Of a DNA stretch of 64,000 bases, positions 50,964 to 60,741 are shown piece after piece. Origin of the DNA: Candidatus Latescibacterota bacterium (lineage in GTDB: Bacteria > Latescibacterota > CBDEFO01); assembly GCA_965248755.1 (NCBI GenBank), contig OZ252149.1:2400001-2464000 (forward strand), in the 5' to 3' direction. The notes below the pieces were generated by a model that worked only from the letters and a program-made list of their open reading frames with translations, was not told where the DNA came from and did not search any database. The translations under genes were made by a program, and so were the position numbers. Every line of letters begins with the position of its first letter. Position 1 is the first letter of the stretch.

Positions 50964-51659
50964 ATGCTGCACGAGACTCTATCAGATAGCTATTTAGATG
51001 AAGTCTTCGGGGATATATATCCGAAGGTGGAGACTTTGAAGGACGGTACTGAAGTTACGATAAAGTTATTGGAGAGCTGGGATAAGGAGGAACTTATGGA
51101 ATTCTTCCTCCAGATTCCGGCAAGGGACAGGATGTTACTGATGGACGATGTGACGGATGAGTCTGTCATTGACGGATGGTGCGCTAATGTAGATCTAAGT
51201 AGAGTTATCCCTTTAGTAGTAAAGCTTGAGAGGGAGATTATAGGGAAAGCTTCACTGCATCATCACAGGATGGGCTGGAGGAGGCACACGGGACAGGTTC
51301 GGACTGTAGTGCATCCTGACTACAGACGCCGAGGTGTAGCACGTCTGCTCTTGGGCGAGTTGACGGAAATAGCCATGCACACCGGCTTGGAAAGATTAAC
51401 CGCTGAGTGTATGGCGGAACAACATGGGGCCATTCAGATGTTCCTGGATATAGGCTTTACACAGGTGGCGATACTCCCCGACCAAGTTGTAGACTTGAAG
51501 GAGCATTCTCACGATCTGCTGATATTTGTAAACGATCTTAGGGAGGGACAGGTGGCGATACTCCCCGACCAAGTTGTAGACTTGAAGGAGCATTCTCACG
51601 ATCTGCTGATATTTGTAAACGATCTTAGGGAGGGAAGGGAATATCCCGAATTAGGTTAA
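50964..51659 (+). CDS. GNAT acetyltransferase with an 87-bp internal tandem duplication
   Basis: TLKDG.EV.I, VHPDYRRRGVA; 29-aa repeat at 51461-51634. Confidence 0.88.
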   Translation: MLHETLSDSYLDEVFGDIYPKVETLKDGTEVTIKLLESWDKEELMEFFLQIPARDRMLLMDDVTDESVIDGWCANVDLSRVIPLVVKLEREIIGKASLHHHRMGWRRHTGQVRTVVHPDYRRRGVARLLLGELTEIAMHTGLERLTAECMAEQHGAIQMFLDIGFTQVAILPDQVVDLKEHSHDLLIFVNDLREGQVAILPDQVVDLKEHSHDLLIFVNDLREGREYPELG

Positions 51660-51837
51660 AGTTGCAAATCTGTTCTTTGTATTATAAAGGAATGTCCATG
51701 TCTTGATGATGTGTTTAGTTTTGTAGGAAGTTTAATAAGGGAGTATACTGTTGTGTATCCGCCTTTCTGAAACCCACGCTGCCAATTACGTAAAGTCATC
51801 TTTTGTAGACGCTTGGCATCATCGAAAGGAGAAAGAA

Positions 51838-52371
51838 ATGGTGAGACAGACACTACCTAATGGCTCACAGTCCATCTCTGACTTACTCAAGGACAGAGAG
51901 TTCGTCGACAAATTCTTCCACATAACAAGGGGATACACAAGGACTGATGATGAAGCAAGAGAGGTAACGCAAAAGGTTATCTGCTATGCGCTTCAGAAAA
52001 ACCTGGAAGAAATCCAGAATCTTGAAGCTTACCTTATAACAGCGTGTGTAAACAGAGCAAAGGACCTTAACCGTAACGATGGCAGATTTTGCGAACTGGA
52101 TGATAATATCGCTGACGATGAGGAGAGCCGCCCAGATCGGTTGCTTGAAAAAGATGAGCTGAAGTCGTTAGTTCAAGAGATTCTTCTGTCCCGTCTGAAA
52201 CCGAAAGAGGCAGAAGTCTTAACGCTACGATGTCGTGAACTTTCTTACCGAGAGATAGCTGAGGAGATGAAGGTGCCTGAAGGCACTGTAGCAACGTGGA
52301 TAGCCAGGGCTACGAAGAAATTTGAGAAGGAGGCTCTGAAAGCAGGTCTTAAGTATTATCTGACTCTATGA
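51838..52371 (+). CDS. ECF-type sigma factor
   Basis: AREVTQ, AYLITACVNRAKD, LSYREIAEEMKVPEGTVATWIARA. Confidence 0.85.
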   Translation: MVRQTLPNGSQSISDLLKDREFVDKFFHITRGYTRTDDEAREVTQKVICYALQKNLEEIQNLEAYLITACVNRAKDLNRNDGRFCELDDNIADDEESRPDRLLEKDELKSLVQEILLSRLKPKEAEVLTLRCRELSYREIAEEMKVPEGTVATWIARATKKFEKEALKAGLKYYLTL

Positions 52372-52497
52372 ATTACCCTGCTTAAATAGGTGATGAGATT
52401 CCATCTATCTTTAAAGAGCCCAGTATATGGGTCTTTTTGCGTTGGCTTTTTGTTTTTGTGCTATACAAACAGATCTTTTGGAGGAGGTGATAAGATA

Positions 52498-52761
52498 GTG
52501 TCTGTTAGAGCTTATGTGCTGATAGATGTGGCGGGCGACAGTGTGGAAGATGTCGTGGAGGAGCTCTCCGACATAGAAGGGATAAAATTTGTCGGCCCTA
52601 CAGAAGGACAGTTACGGGATCTTACTACCCTAATGGAATCTTTCGATATTATGGCTCATATTCAGGCAGATGACAGCAATGGCTTGGGAGAAGCGATTAC
52701 ATCCCAGGTGAGGAGCATTGCCGGTGTGACAAAGACGATAACGTGCATAGCAGTTGAATAA
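52498..52761 (+). CDS. Lrp/AsnC ligand-binding domain protein (copy 2)
   Basis: Near-identical to 50156-50419. Confidence 0.82.
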   Translation: MSVRAYVLIDVAGDSVEDVVEELSDIEGIKFVGPTEGQLRDLTTLMESFDIMAHIQADDSNGLGEAITSQVRSIAGVTKTITCIAVE

Positions 52762-52808
52762 GAAGCAGTCATAGAATATTCATCTATTGTTAGAGAAAGG
52801 GACAAACC

Positions 52809-53171
52809 GTGAACGCGGATCTTAAAGATACTATTTGTGAGGAGATCACTAAATTTCAGGAATTACAGATGGGAATAGTCCCCAGGAAAGCAACTGTCAT
52901 GATAGAGGAGGATATGATCGTCGTCCATCTCAAAGAGATGCTCTCTCCTGCTGAAAACCATCTGGCCTTAAGCCAGAAGGGCCAATATCTCCTAATGGAG
53001 TTTAATGTGCTTCTTTTTGAGGGTCCCCGCCAATATCTGGAAGATGTGATCGTAGAGACTATGGGGCGCAAGGTTGTTGATGTTCAAACAGCGATTAGTC
53101 CCTTGACAGGCAGTATCGTCGCTCTTTTTATGTTAGGAGAGCCGGCGGAGATAGAAGTTTCCTGTGAGTAG
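52809..53171 (+). CDS. DUF2294 (MpsC-like) protein (copy of 50467)
   Basis: Near-identical to 50467-50829. Confidence 0.82.
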   Translation: MNADLKDTICEEITKFQELQMGIVPRKATVMIEEDMIVVHLKEMLSPAENHLALSQKGQYLLMEFNVLLFEGPRQYLEDVIVETMGRKVVDVQTAISPLTGSIVALFMLGEPAEIEVSCE

Positions 53172-53234
53172 ATCAGGAAGTTTCCACGGAACGTACCAAA
53201 ATCTCCTTTGATGATCGGGAAAGGAGGAAATACT

Positions 53235-53948
53235 ATGTGCGTAATTACCGTGTCCAGACAGCTTGGCAGTGAGGGCGATCTGATTGCTTGCCAGGTTGCC
53301 AAGTTGCTGGGATATGAATACATGAATAAAGAGTTACTAAGGTTGGTAGCTGTCCAGGCGGATGTGTCAGAATTTGAAGTTTCCCAGTACGATGAGAAGG
53401 GGGAGCACCCATTAGTACACTTCCTAAACAGGACAGTTATCCCCGGGGCATCGCGCCTCCCCAGGACCGCCGCCTACTACTATCTGGATTGGTATCCACA
53501 TGAGATGTCCTATGTATGGATGCTTAGCGACGAGGATCTGGAAGAGTTCCGCTCTCTGGATCGAGACGAATATTTGAGACTCATGCGTTCAGTTATACAT
53601 AGGCTGGCGGACAAGGGAGATGTGGTGATCCTCGGACGAGGTGGACAGGTGATTCTGGCGGATCGGAAAGATGCACTGCATATCAGAACTGTGGCTCCTT
53701 TGGAAAACCGCATAAGGAGAGTTATGGAAAGGATGGAGATAGAGTACGATTCGGCGGCCAAGTTGACTAAAAAGACAGATAGAGACAGATCCCGCTACAT
53801 CAAGAATTACTATTACGCTGACTGGGACGATCCGGAACTCTATCATCTGATTTTGGATACAGGAAAGATGGAGATTGATATGGCTGTCCACCTGGTAGTC
53901 CAGGCTGCGGAGGATTTGTCGGCAAAGATGGTTCTAAAAGCAACCTGA
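53235..53948 (+). CDS. Cytidylate kinase-like family protein
   Basis: VITVSRQLGSEG, VVILGRGG, DRDR..Y...YY..W.DP..YHL.LDT. Confidence 0.88.
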   Translation: MCVITVSRQLGSEGDLIACQVAKLLGYEYMNKELLRLVAVQADVSEFEVSQYDEKGEHPLVHFLNRTVIPGASRLPRTAAYYYLDWYPHEMSYVWMLSDEDLEEFRSLDRDEYLRLMRSVIHRLADKGDVVILGRGGQVILADRKDALHIRTVAPLENRIRRVMERMEIEYDSAAKLTKKTDRDRSRYIKNYYYADWDDPELYHLILDTGKMEIDMAVHLVVQAAEDLSAKMVLKAT

Positions 53949-54094
53949 CTCGAGTTAAACGGGGGACCGTTCGCTCTGCAATCATTTAGATCAAGACTGT
54001 TGTTGTGCTGAGGAGTCAAAACATCAGGTTATAGAAGATTCGAAAGTGCATTCTATTCCTGTTCCTTGCACTCAGCACCGAACCCCAGGATCAG

Positions 54095-54190
54095 TCCCCG
54101 ATTGATCCTTTCGGGGATTAACTCGAAGGGAGTGATTAAGGGTGAAGACAATATTACTGGTGGATGACGACCTGAACCGGAGGCTCCGTA
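54095..54190 (+). pseudogene. Truncated duplicate of the response-regulator 5' end at 56997-57090
   Basis: Shared palindrome plus AACTCGAAGGGAGTGATTAAGGGTGAAGAC..; reads VKTILLVDDDL then stops. Confidence 0.75.
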
Positions 54191-54633
54191 AACGCAGTGA
54201 ACATATATTCGCTGAAGCCAAGCAACAGCACGGTATGGGATGAGCCTGTTACAGAGGACTAGCCTCACTGAATGAACAGTTAAATCTTGTTGCAACGGTA
54301 CAGAATCTCAAGAAGCTTCTATCCTTCATAAGAAGGAGAAAAGCGTCTATATGTGCCCTGTCTGTCAGAGACAGTGCATCCTGTTCTTCAAACAGCTCCT
54401 ATTCCTTGCTGACCAGAACTCTGATGAGACTATTTTGCTTATTGCATAGCAAAACGATACGATATGCTACTGTTTGACCCATAATTGGCCTCTCAGACGC
54501 TGTCTGCAAGATAACTATTTCACACAGCTTTTAGTACTATAAACTATACAGGCAAACGATGGATGCCTTTCAATATCAAATTCTCAAGAAACTACTTCCG
54601 TGAATAACTACACTTTTTGGAGAAGACCCAAAC

Positions 54634-56634
54634 ATGGAAATACAGTTACTTAAAGACATCATAATTATATTTGGAATATCTATTGTTGTCATCTTTACAT
54701 GTGATCGAATTCGAGTGCCGGCAATGGTGGGATTTCTCCTGACTGGCATCTTGGCAGGGCCTCACGGACTGGGATTGATAAGATCGGTTCATGAAGTCGA
54801 CGTTTTAGCCGAACTTGGGGTTGTGTTGTTGCTCTTTACAATCGGCATCCAGTTCTCACTTAAAAGTCTGTTGGAAATTAAGAAATCGGTCCTCTTGGGC
54901 GGCTCGCTTCAGGTGTTGCTGACCCTTTTGGCTGTTTTTGTCATAGCAAGGCAAATCGGTCAGTCCTTCGGCGAATCGGTCTTTATGGGATTCCTTGTCT
55001 CCCTCAGCAGCACCGCCATTGTGCTCAAACTCATCCAGGAAAGGGCTGAAGTCGATAGCCCCTACGGACAAACAGCCCTTGCCATCTTGATCTTTCAGGA
55101 TATCATTATCGCTCCGATGATGTTGTTTACGCCTCTGCTGTCCGGAGCGACAGGTAATTTAGGCGGATCGGTTCTCGTTCTTATCGCCAAAGGAATCGGT
55201 ATCATAGTCTTAGTGATCGTTAGTGCTGAATGGATTGTGCCGAAGGTGTTGTATCAAATCGTCCGGACCAGAAGCCGGGAACTTTTCCTGTTTAGCATCT
55301 TTTTGATATGTTTTGCAGTTGTGTGGCTCACCTATAAGTTAGGACTTTCCCTTGGCTTGGGTGCGTTTTTGGCGGGCTTGATCGTTGCCGAATCTGAATA
55401 CAGTTATCAGGCTCTCAGTAATGTTTTACCCTTCCGAGATATCTTTACGAGCTTCTTTTTCGTCTCCATTGGTATGCTGTTGGATGTAGACTTTCTCTTC
55501 AAACAGCCGGAGTTCATCGCTCTTATTGCTTTAGGCGTTTTGGTATTAAAAACTATCATCGTTGGCTCTGTAGTTGTTTTATTGGGATTTCCGCTCCGCA
55601 CCGCGATTTTGGTTGGCTTTGCACTCGGTCAGTTCGGAGAATTTTCCTTCATCTTGTCCAAGGTCGGTGTTGAATATGGCTTACTTGCTGGGGATATTTA
55701 CCAGCTTTTTCTGGCTGTCTCTGTGATGACTATGGCGGCGACACCATTCATTATAGAGCTTGCGCCTCGAACAGCGGACATTATCTTGCGGCTACCACTG
55801 GCGAGAAGGTTAAAATCGGGCTTGTATTCCGAGGGAGTGATAGCACCGCTTCCCTCTGCTCACCCAAAAGGCCATCTTATCATCATCGGCTTTGGAGTGA
55901 ACGGTAGAAATTTGTCACGAGCCGCCAAGGTAGCAGGAATTCCCTATGTGATCATTGACATGAACCCCGATACGGTTAGGACCGAACGAGCAAAGGGTGA
56001 GCTGATCTATTACGGTGATGCAACTCAGGAGATGGTACTTCTGCACGCAGACATCAAAGACGCAAGGGTTGTGGCTGTGGCGATCTCCGACTCGGCCGCA
56101 ACCCGCAGAATTACCGAAATCTCCCGGAGAATTAACCCTGCGGTTCATATCATTGTGAGGACGCGCTATCTCAAAGAGATGAAGCCTCTATACGATTTGG
56201 GAGCGGACGAAGTCATCCCGGAGGAGTTTGAGACATCAGTGGAAATCTTTGCTCGAGTTTTGGCGAAATACCTTATACCCAGAGATGAAATTGAGAGACT
56301 CGTCGCTGAGGTGCGATTAGATGGTTACAAGATGTTTCGAAGCCTTTCTAGAGGATCGGCCTCTTTTTCCGATTTGAAACTTCGGCTCCCCGATATCGAA
56401 ATCAGTGCGTTCCAGATCGGTGAAAGATCGCCCTTAGTTGAAAAATCTTTGGCTCAGATTAAGCTTAGAAAGAAACATGAAGTTACCGTATTGGCAATAC
56501 GTCGAGACTCACAGATACTGTTCAGCCCGGACGGAGATGCGCAACTCTGTGCTAACGATGTTCTTTTTGTCCTTGGACCCCCAGATAAGATCTCCGGTGT
56601 CACGAGTCTCTTCCGAAATCCAGAAGAAGGATGA
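54634..56634 (+). CDS. CPA2 cation:proton antiporter (KefB/C-like) with TrkA-N and TrkA-C domains
   Basis: SSTAIVLK, ILIFQD, FFVSIG, GEFSF, IIGFGVNG, YGDAT. Confidence 0.93.
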   Translation: MEIQLLKDIIIIFGISIVVIFTCDRIRVPAMVGFLLTGILAGPHGLGLIRSVHEVDVLAELGVVLLLFTIGIQFSLKSLLEIKKSVLLGGSLQVLLTLLAVFVIARQIGQSFGESVFMGFLVSLSSTAIVLKLIQERAEVDSPYGQTALAILIFQDIIIAPMMLFTPLLSGATGNLGGSVLVLIAKGIGIIVLVIVSAEWIVPKVLYQIVRTRSRELFLFSIFLICFAVVWLTYKLGLSLGLGAFLAGLIVAESEYSYQALSNVLPFRDIFTSFFFVSIGMLLDVDFLFKQPEFIALIALGVLVLKTIIVGSVVVLLGFPLRTAILVGFALGQFGEFSFILSKVGVEYGLLAGDIYQLFLAVSVMTMAATPFIIELAPRTADIILRLPLARRLKSGLYSEGVIAPLPSAHPKGHLIIIGFGVNGRNLSRAAKVAGIPYVIIDMNPDTVRTERAKGELIYYGDATQEMVLLHADIKDARVVAVAISDSAATRRITEISRRINPAVHIIVRTRYLKEMKPLYDLGADEVIPEEFETSVEIFARVLAKYLIPRDEIERLVAEVRLDGYKMFRSLSRGSASFSDLKLRLPDIEISAFQIGERSPLVEKSLAQIKLRKKHEVTVLAIRRDSQILFSPDGDAQLCANDVLFVLGPPDKISGVTSLFRNPEEG

Positions 56635-56720
56635 GGCGTACACTGACACCTTTTACAGGATTCTCAAGAAGTGAGCAAGTACTATTCTTAGTTGAAATTG
56701 ATCAGGCTCCTGTCATAAGC

Positions 56721-56990
56721 TTATGCTGACAACGCTTCTTGAGAGTGATTCAATTCTCTCTGAATGGCTTGTCGTAGCAAGGGTAAATAGCGTGCTCCCT
56801 TCATCTTTTGCAATCGAGATTCAATATCCAGCAAAGCACTAGCTAACCAATCCCCGATAGAATCAATCGGGCACAGGCGCTGATGTGAATTCTTCCATAC
56901 TTTAACGTTTCTTGTCAGTTGAGCAACCTGACTGTTTATAGATTCGAGGCAGTTGGTGGTTCGGAAACTGCTGTTGAGATAGGGAAACAG
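56721..56990 (-). pseudogene. IS256-family transposase C-terminal remnant
   Basis: SFRTTNCLESINS...RNVK.W...WLASALLDIE.RL. Confidence 0.75.
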
Positions 56991-57043
56991 ACCTGATCCC
57001 CGATTGATTCTTTCGGGGATCAACTCGAAGGGAGTGATTAAGG

Positions 57044-57400
57044 GTGAAGACCATATTGCTCGTGGATGACGACTTGAAACAGAGACTCCTCTACGAGCAG
57101 GGGCTCAGAGACGATGGCTACAACGTGATTCTGGCATCAGACGGAGAGGAAGCCCTCGATAAGGTTCAGGAAAGTCGGCCTGATCTTGTAGTCCTGGACA
57201 TATCGATGCCCGGAATGGACGGGCTAGAAGTACTGGAGAGGATACTCGAAAGGGACAACAAGATGCCGGTAATACTGAACACGTCCGATGCCAGCTACAA
57301 GGATAATTTTATGAGCTGGTCGGCCGACGCCTACGTCGTCAAATCCTCAGACCTGACCGAACTTAAGGAAGAGATCAAGAAATCGCTTGCAAAGGCGTAG
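57044..57400 (+). CDS. Single-domain response regulator
   Basis: ILLVDDD, PDLVVLDISMPGMDG, ADAYVVKS. Confidence 0.9.
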   Translation: MKTILLVDDDLKQRLLYEQGLRDDGYNVILASDGEEALDKVQESRPDLVVLDISMPGMDGLEVLERILERDNKMPVILNTSDASYKDNFMSWSADAYVVKSSDLTELKEEIKKSLAKA

Positions 57401-57663
57401 GTAGAAGAACATAAAAGAGTATCTATTAGAGCTGGATGCTCTCACGGAGAGAAGTGTGACAACCTTGACTATCCACTTCCCCGCAATTTACTCTGAATTG
57501 TAGGGTCAGCTTGAAAGATACCCTAACATGCTTCTAAACTTTCAAGCTGTGTAAATCTTAAATTTTGCTGGATCGGGAAAATTCGGCCATTACGGAAGAC
57601 ACTTAAGAGAAACTATTAGAGTGCTAAAACCCAGTATAGCGTAAGTAACCAGGGGGTGACAAT

Positions 57664-58359
57664 ATGCTGCACGAGACTCTATCAGATAGCTATTTAGATG
57701 AAGTCTTCGGGGATATATATCCGAAGGTGGAGACTTTGAAGGACGGTACTGAAGTTACGATAAAGTTATTGGAGAGCTGGGATAAGGAGGAACTTATGGA
57801 ATTCTTCCTCCAGATTCCGGCAAGGGACAGGATGTTACTGATGGACGATGTGACGGATGAGTCTGTCATTGACGGATGGTGCGCTAATGTAGATCTAAGT
57901 AGAGTTATCCCTTTAGTAGTAAAGCTTGAGAGGGAGATTATAGGGAAAGCTTCACTGCATCATCACAGGATGGGCTGGAGGAGGCACACGGGACAGGTTC
58001 GGACTGTAGTGCATCCTGACTACAGACGCCGAGGTGTAGCACGTCTGCTCTTGGGCGAGTTGACGGAAATAGCCATGCACACCGGCTTGGAAAGATTAAC
58101 CGCTGAGTGTATGGCGGAACAACATGGGGCCATTCAGATGTTCCTGGATATAGGCTTTACACAGGTGGCGATACTCCCCGACCAAGTTGTAGACTTGAAG
58201 GAGCATTCTCACGATCTGCTGATATTTGTAAACGATCTTAGGGAGGGACAGGTGGCGATACTCCCCGACCAAGTTGTAGACTTGAAGGAGCATTCTCACG
58301 ATCTGCTGATATTTGTAAACGATCTTAGGGAGGGAAGGGAATATCCCGAATTAGGTTAA
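57664..58359 (+). CDS. GNAT acetyltransferase (identical copy of 50964)
   Basis: Identical protein. Confidence 0.88.
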   Translation: MLHETLSDSYLDEVFGDIYPKVETLKDGTEVTIKLLESWDKEELMEFFLQIPARDRMLLMDDVTDESVIDGWCANVDLSRVIPLVVKLEREIIGKASLHHHRMGWRRHTGQVRTVVHPDYRRRGVARLLLGELTEIAMHTGLERLTAECMAEQHGAIQMFLDIGFTQVAILPDQVVDLKEHSHDLLIFVNDLREGQVAILPDQVVDLKEHSHDLLIFVNDLREGREYPELG

Positions 58360-58537
58360 AGTTGCAAATCTGTTCTTTGTATTATAAAGGAATGTCCATG
58401 TCTTGATGATGTGTTTAGTTTTGTAGGAAGTTTAATAAGGGAGTATACTGTTGTGTATCCGCCTTTCTGAAACCCACGCTGCCAATTACGTAAAGTCATC
58501 TTTTGTAGACGCTTGGCATCATCGAAAGGAGAAAGAA

Positions 58538-59065
58538 ATGGTGAGACAGACACTACCTAATGGCTCACAGTCCATCTCTGACTTACTCAAGGACAGAGAG
58601 TTCGTCGACAAATTCTTCCACATAACAAGGGGATACACAAGGACTGATGATGAAGCAAGAGAGGTAACGCAAAAGGTTATCTGCTATGCGCTTCAGAAAA
58701 ACCTGGAAGAAATCCAGAATCTTGAAGCTTACCTTATAACAGCGTGTGTAAACAGAGCAAAGGACCTTAACCGTAACGATGGCAGATTTTGCGAACTGGA
58801 TGATAATATCGCTGACGATGAGGAGAGCCGCCCAGATCGGTTGCTTGAAAAAGATGAGCTGAAGTCGTTAGTTCAAGAGATTCTTCTGTCCCGTCTGAAA
58901 CCGAAAGAGGCAGAAGTCTTAACGCTACGATGTCGTGAACTTTCTTACCGAGAGATAGCTGAGGAGATGAAGGTGCCTGAAGGCACTGTAGCAACGTGGA
59001 TAGCCAGGGCTACGAAGAAATTTGAGAAGGAGGCTCTGAAAGCAGGTCTTAAGTATTATCTGTAA
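58538..59065 (+). CDS. ECF-type sigma factor (copy of 51838, 2 aa shorter)
   Basis: Identical until the duplication ends at 59062. Confidence 0.85.
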   Translation: MVRQTLPNGSQSISDLLKDREFVDKFFHITRGYTRTDDEAREVTQKVICYALQKNLEEIQNLEAYLITACVNRAKDLNRNDGRFCELDDNIADDEESRPDRLLEKDELKSLVQEILLSRLKPKEAEVLTLRCRELSYREIAEEMKVPEGTVATWIARATKKFEKEALKAGLKYYL

Positions 59066-59219
59066 CTCAACTAATATCCAAGACTTAGTACGGGGGTATT
59101 TATTTTCTGAATTTTTCTGAAAGAATTTAACGGTTTAATGTGACTATCTAAGTGAAGGCCCAATATATCAGGTAACAGCGTTGATGGTAATGACGCTTGA
59201 GGAAGTAGAGGTCTTCTCG

Positions 59220-60314
59220 TTGGACATTCCTGGTTCATAATCCGGAGGTAAGTAGTATGTCCAGTCCACCTGTTTACTGATGTGTCGTATTGTGAGTTTC
59301 GAAGACGACGATACGACACCTGATCAACTCAAGGTATTCTTCATCCTACGTTTAGGATTAGATTAGAAATCAGCTTGTAGGACTTGTAGGGTAGGATACC
59401 AGAATCGATGTCACCCAGGGTTATTCAGCAAGCAGTCCTGAACTTGAAGTAGCGCTACACTTGCCGCAGTGCTGAACTTGTTGGATCGCAACATCTGGGA
59501 AGACTGAATAACCCTGGGTAGTATGTCTTACAGATTAGGTGAACTGCTTTCATAATCTGGAGGTAAGCAGTATGTCCAGTCCACGTGTTTACTGATGTGT
59601 CGTATTGTGAGTTTCGAAGACGACGATACGACACCTGATCAACTCAAGGTATTCTTCACCCTACGTTTAGGATTAGATTAGAAATCAGCCTGTAGGGCTT
59701 GTAGTAGGGTAGGATACCAGAATCAATGTCATCCAGCGGTTATTCAACAACCAGTGCTGAACTTGAAGCAGTGCTACACTTGACGCGGTGATGAACTTGA
59801 GGCAGTGCTGAACTTGAAGCAGTGCTGAACTTGAAGCAGTGCTACACTTGCCGCGGTGCTGAACTTGAGGCAGTGCTGAACTTGTTGGATCGCAACATCT
59901 GAGAAGACTGAATAACCCTGGGTAGTATGTCTTACAGATTAGGTGAACTGCTTTCATAATCTGGAGGTAAGCAGTATGTCCAGTCCACGTGTTTACTGAT
60001 GTGTCGTATTGTGAGTTTCGAAGACGACGATACGACACCTGATCAACTCAAGGTATTCTTCACCCTACGTTTAGGATTAGATTAGAAATCAGCCTGTAGG
60101 GCTTGTAGTAGGGTAGGATACCAGAATCAATGTCATCCAGTGGTTATTCAACAACCAGTGCTGAACTTGAAGCAGTGCTACACTTGACGCGGTGATGAAC
60201 TTGAGGCAGTGCTGAACTTGTTGGATCGCAACATCTGAGAAGACTGAATAACCCTGGGTAGTATGTCTTACAGATTAGGTGAACTGGTAAACGGGTGTGA
60301 ACGGGAATGTCCGG
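59220..60314 (+). ncRNA. Candidate large structured ncRNA made of three tandem units
   Basis: Units 59234-59548, 59549-59952 and 59953-60286; many internal stems; 59220-59238 pairs with 60297-60314; no credible ORF; followed by a terminator. Confidence 0.55.
59751..59886. repeat. 17-bp tandem repeat, 8 copies (3 copies at 59432-59482, 4 at 60155-60222)
   Basis: Consensus GCAGTGCTGAACTTGAA. Confidence 0.93.
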
Positions 60315-60320
60315 TATAAT

Positions 60321-60354
60321 GAGCCCCCTGCGAAACGTAGGGGGCTCTTATTTT
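60321..60354 (+). terminator. Intrinsic terminator
   Basis: GAGCCCCCTGCG-AAA-CGTAGGGGGCTC-TTATTTT. Confidence 0.85.
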
Positions 60355-60741
60355 GGATGCGATCAATAACACAAAGAATAACCTTACGAAGAAATACTAC
60401 TACGCTGTGAACAGTGTGAGGGGAAATTAAAAACAGGTCCAGCAGAAGATCAGGTTAAACCTTCTTTAACAAAAGCTCACAGAGTATTGAATACAAAGCC
60501 TGTCAGACATCAATGACGGGCTTTCCTTTTTGGGCATTTACAAGAGTGCTCACTTTAACCAAAGTGAGTAGTTTGCACTGGTTTTGAACCGAGAAAGTTT
60601 TATTGACATCCACTATTTTCTTTGTTATCTTCTTTAGAAAGTTTGTACAGTCTGTAGATAATCCCCACAAACCTTATGATAATTATGACTTAACAGCATA
60701 ATATTTTTGATATTACAGGTTTTCTCTTAATATTTCAGTGG

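Noticed and set aside
57571..57605. Na+ (DUF1646) riboswitch at CGGCCATTACGGAAG, and a nhaA-type motif near 48446-48490
   Set aside because: Only vague recalled similarity; no convincing enclosing stems; needs cmscan
59277..59325. Hammerhead ribozyme / retrozyme in the tandem units
   Set aside because: CTGATG is followed by T rather than A, and no GAAA follows the stem; no core found on either strand by eye
59257..59355. Selenopeptide by read-through of two in-frame TGA codons followed by a hairpin
   Set aside because: The 32-aa product has no recognisable redox motif and the hairpin is not a convincing SECIS; cannot be supported
59071..60038. Minus-strand ORFs of 82 and 117 aa in the repeat locus
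   Set aside because: Frames differ between units, 17-bp repeats break frame, and there is no RBS
59432..60222. CRISPR or TIGR-like guide array
   Set aside because: The 17-bp repeats are contiguous with no unique spacers, and no cas or Nop-domain gene is in the window
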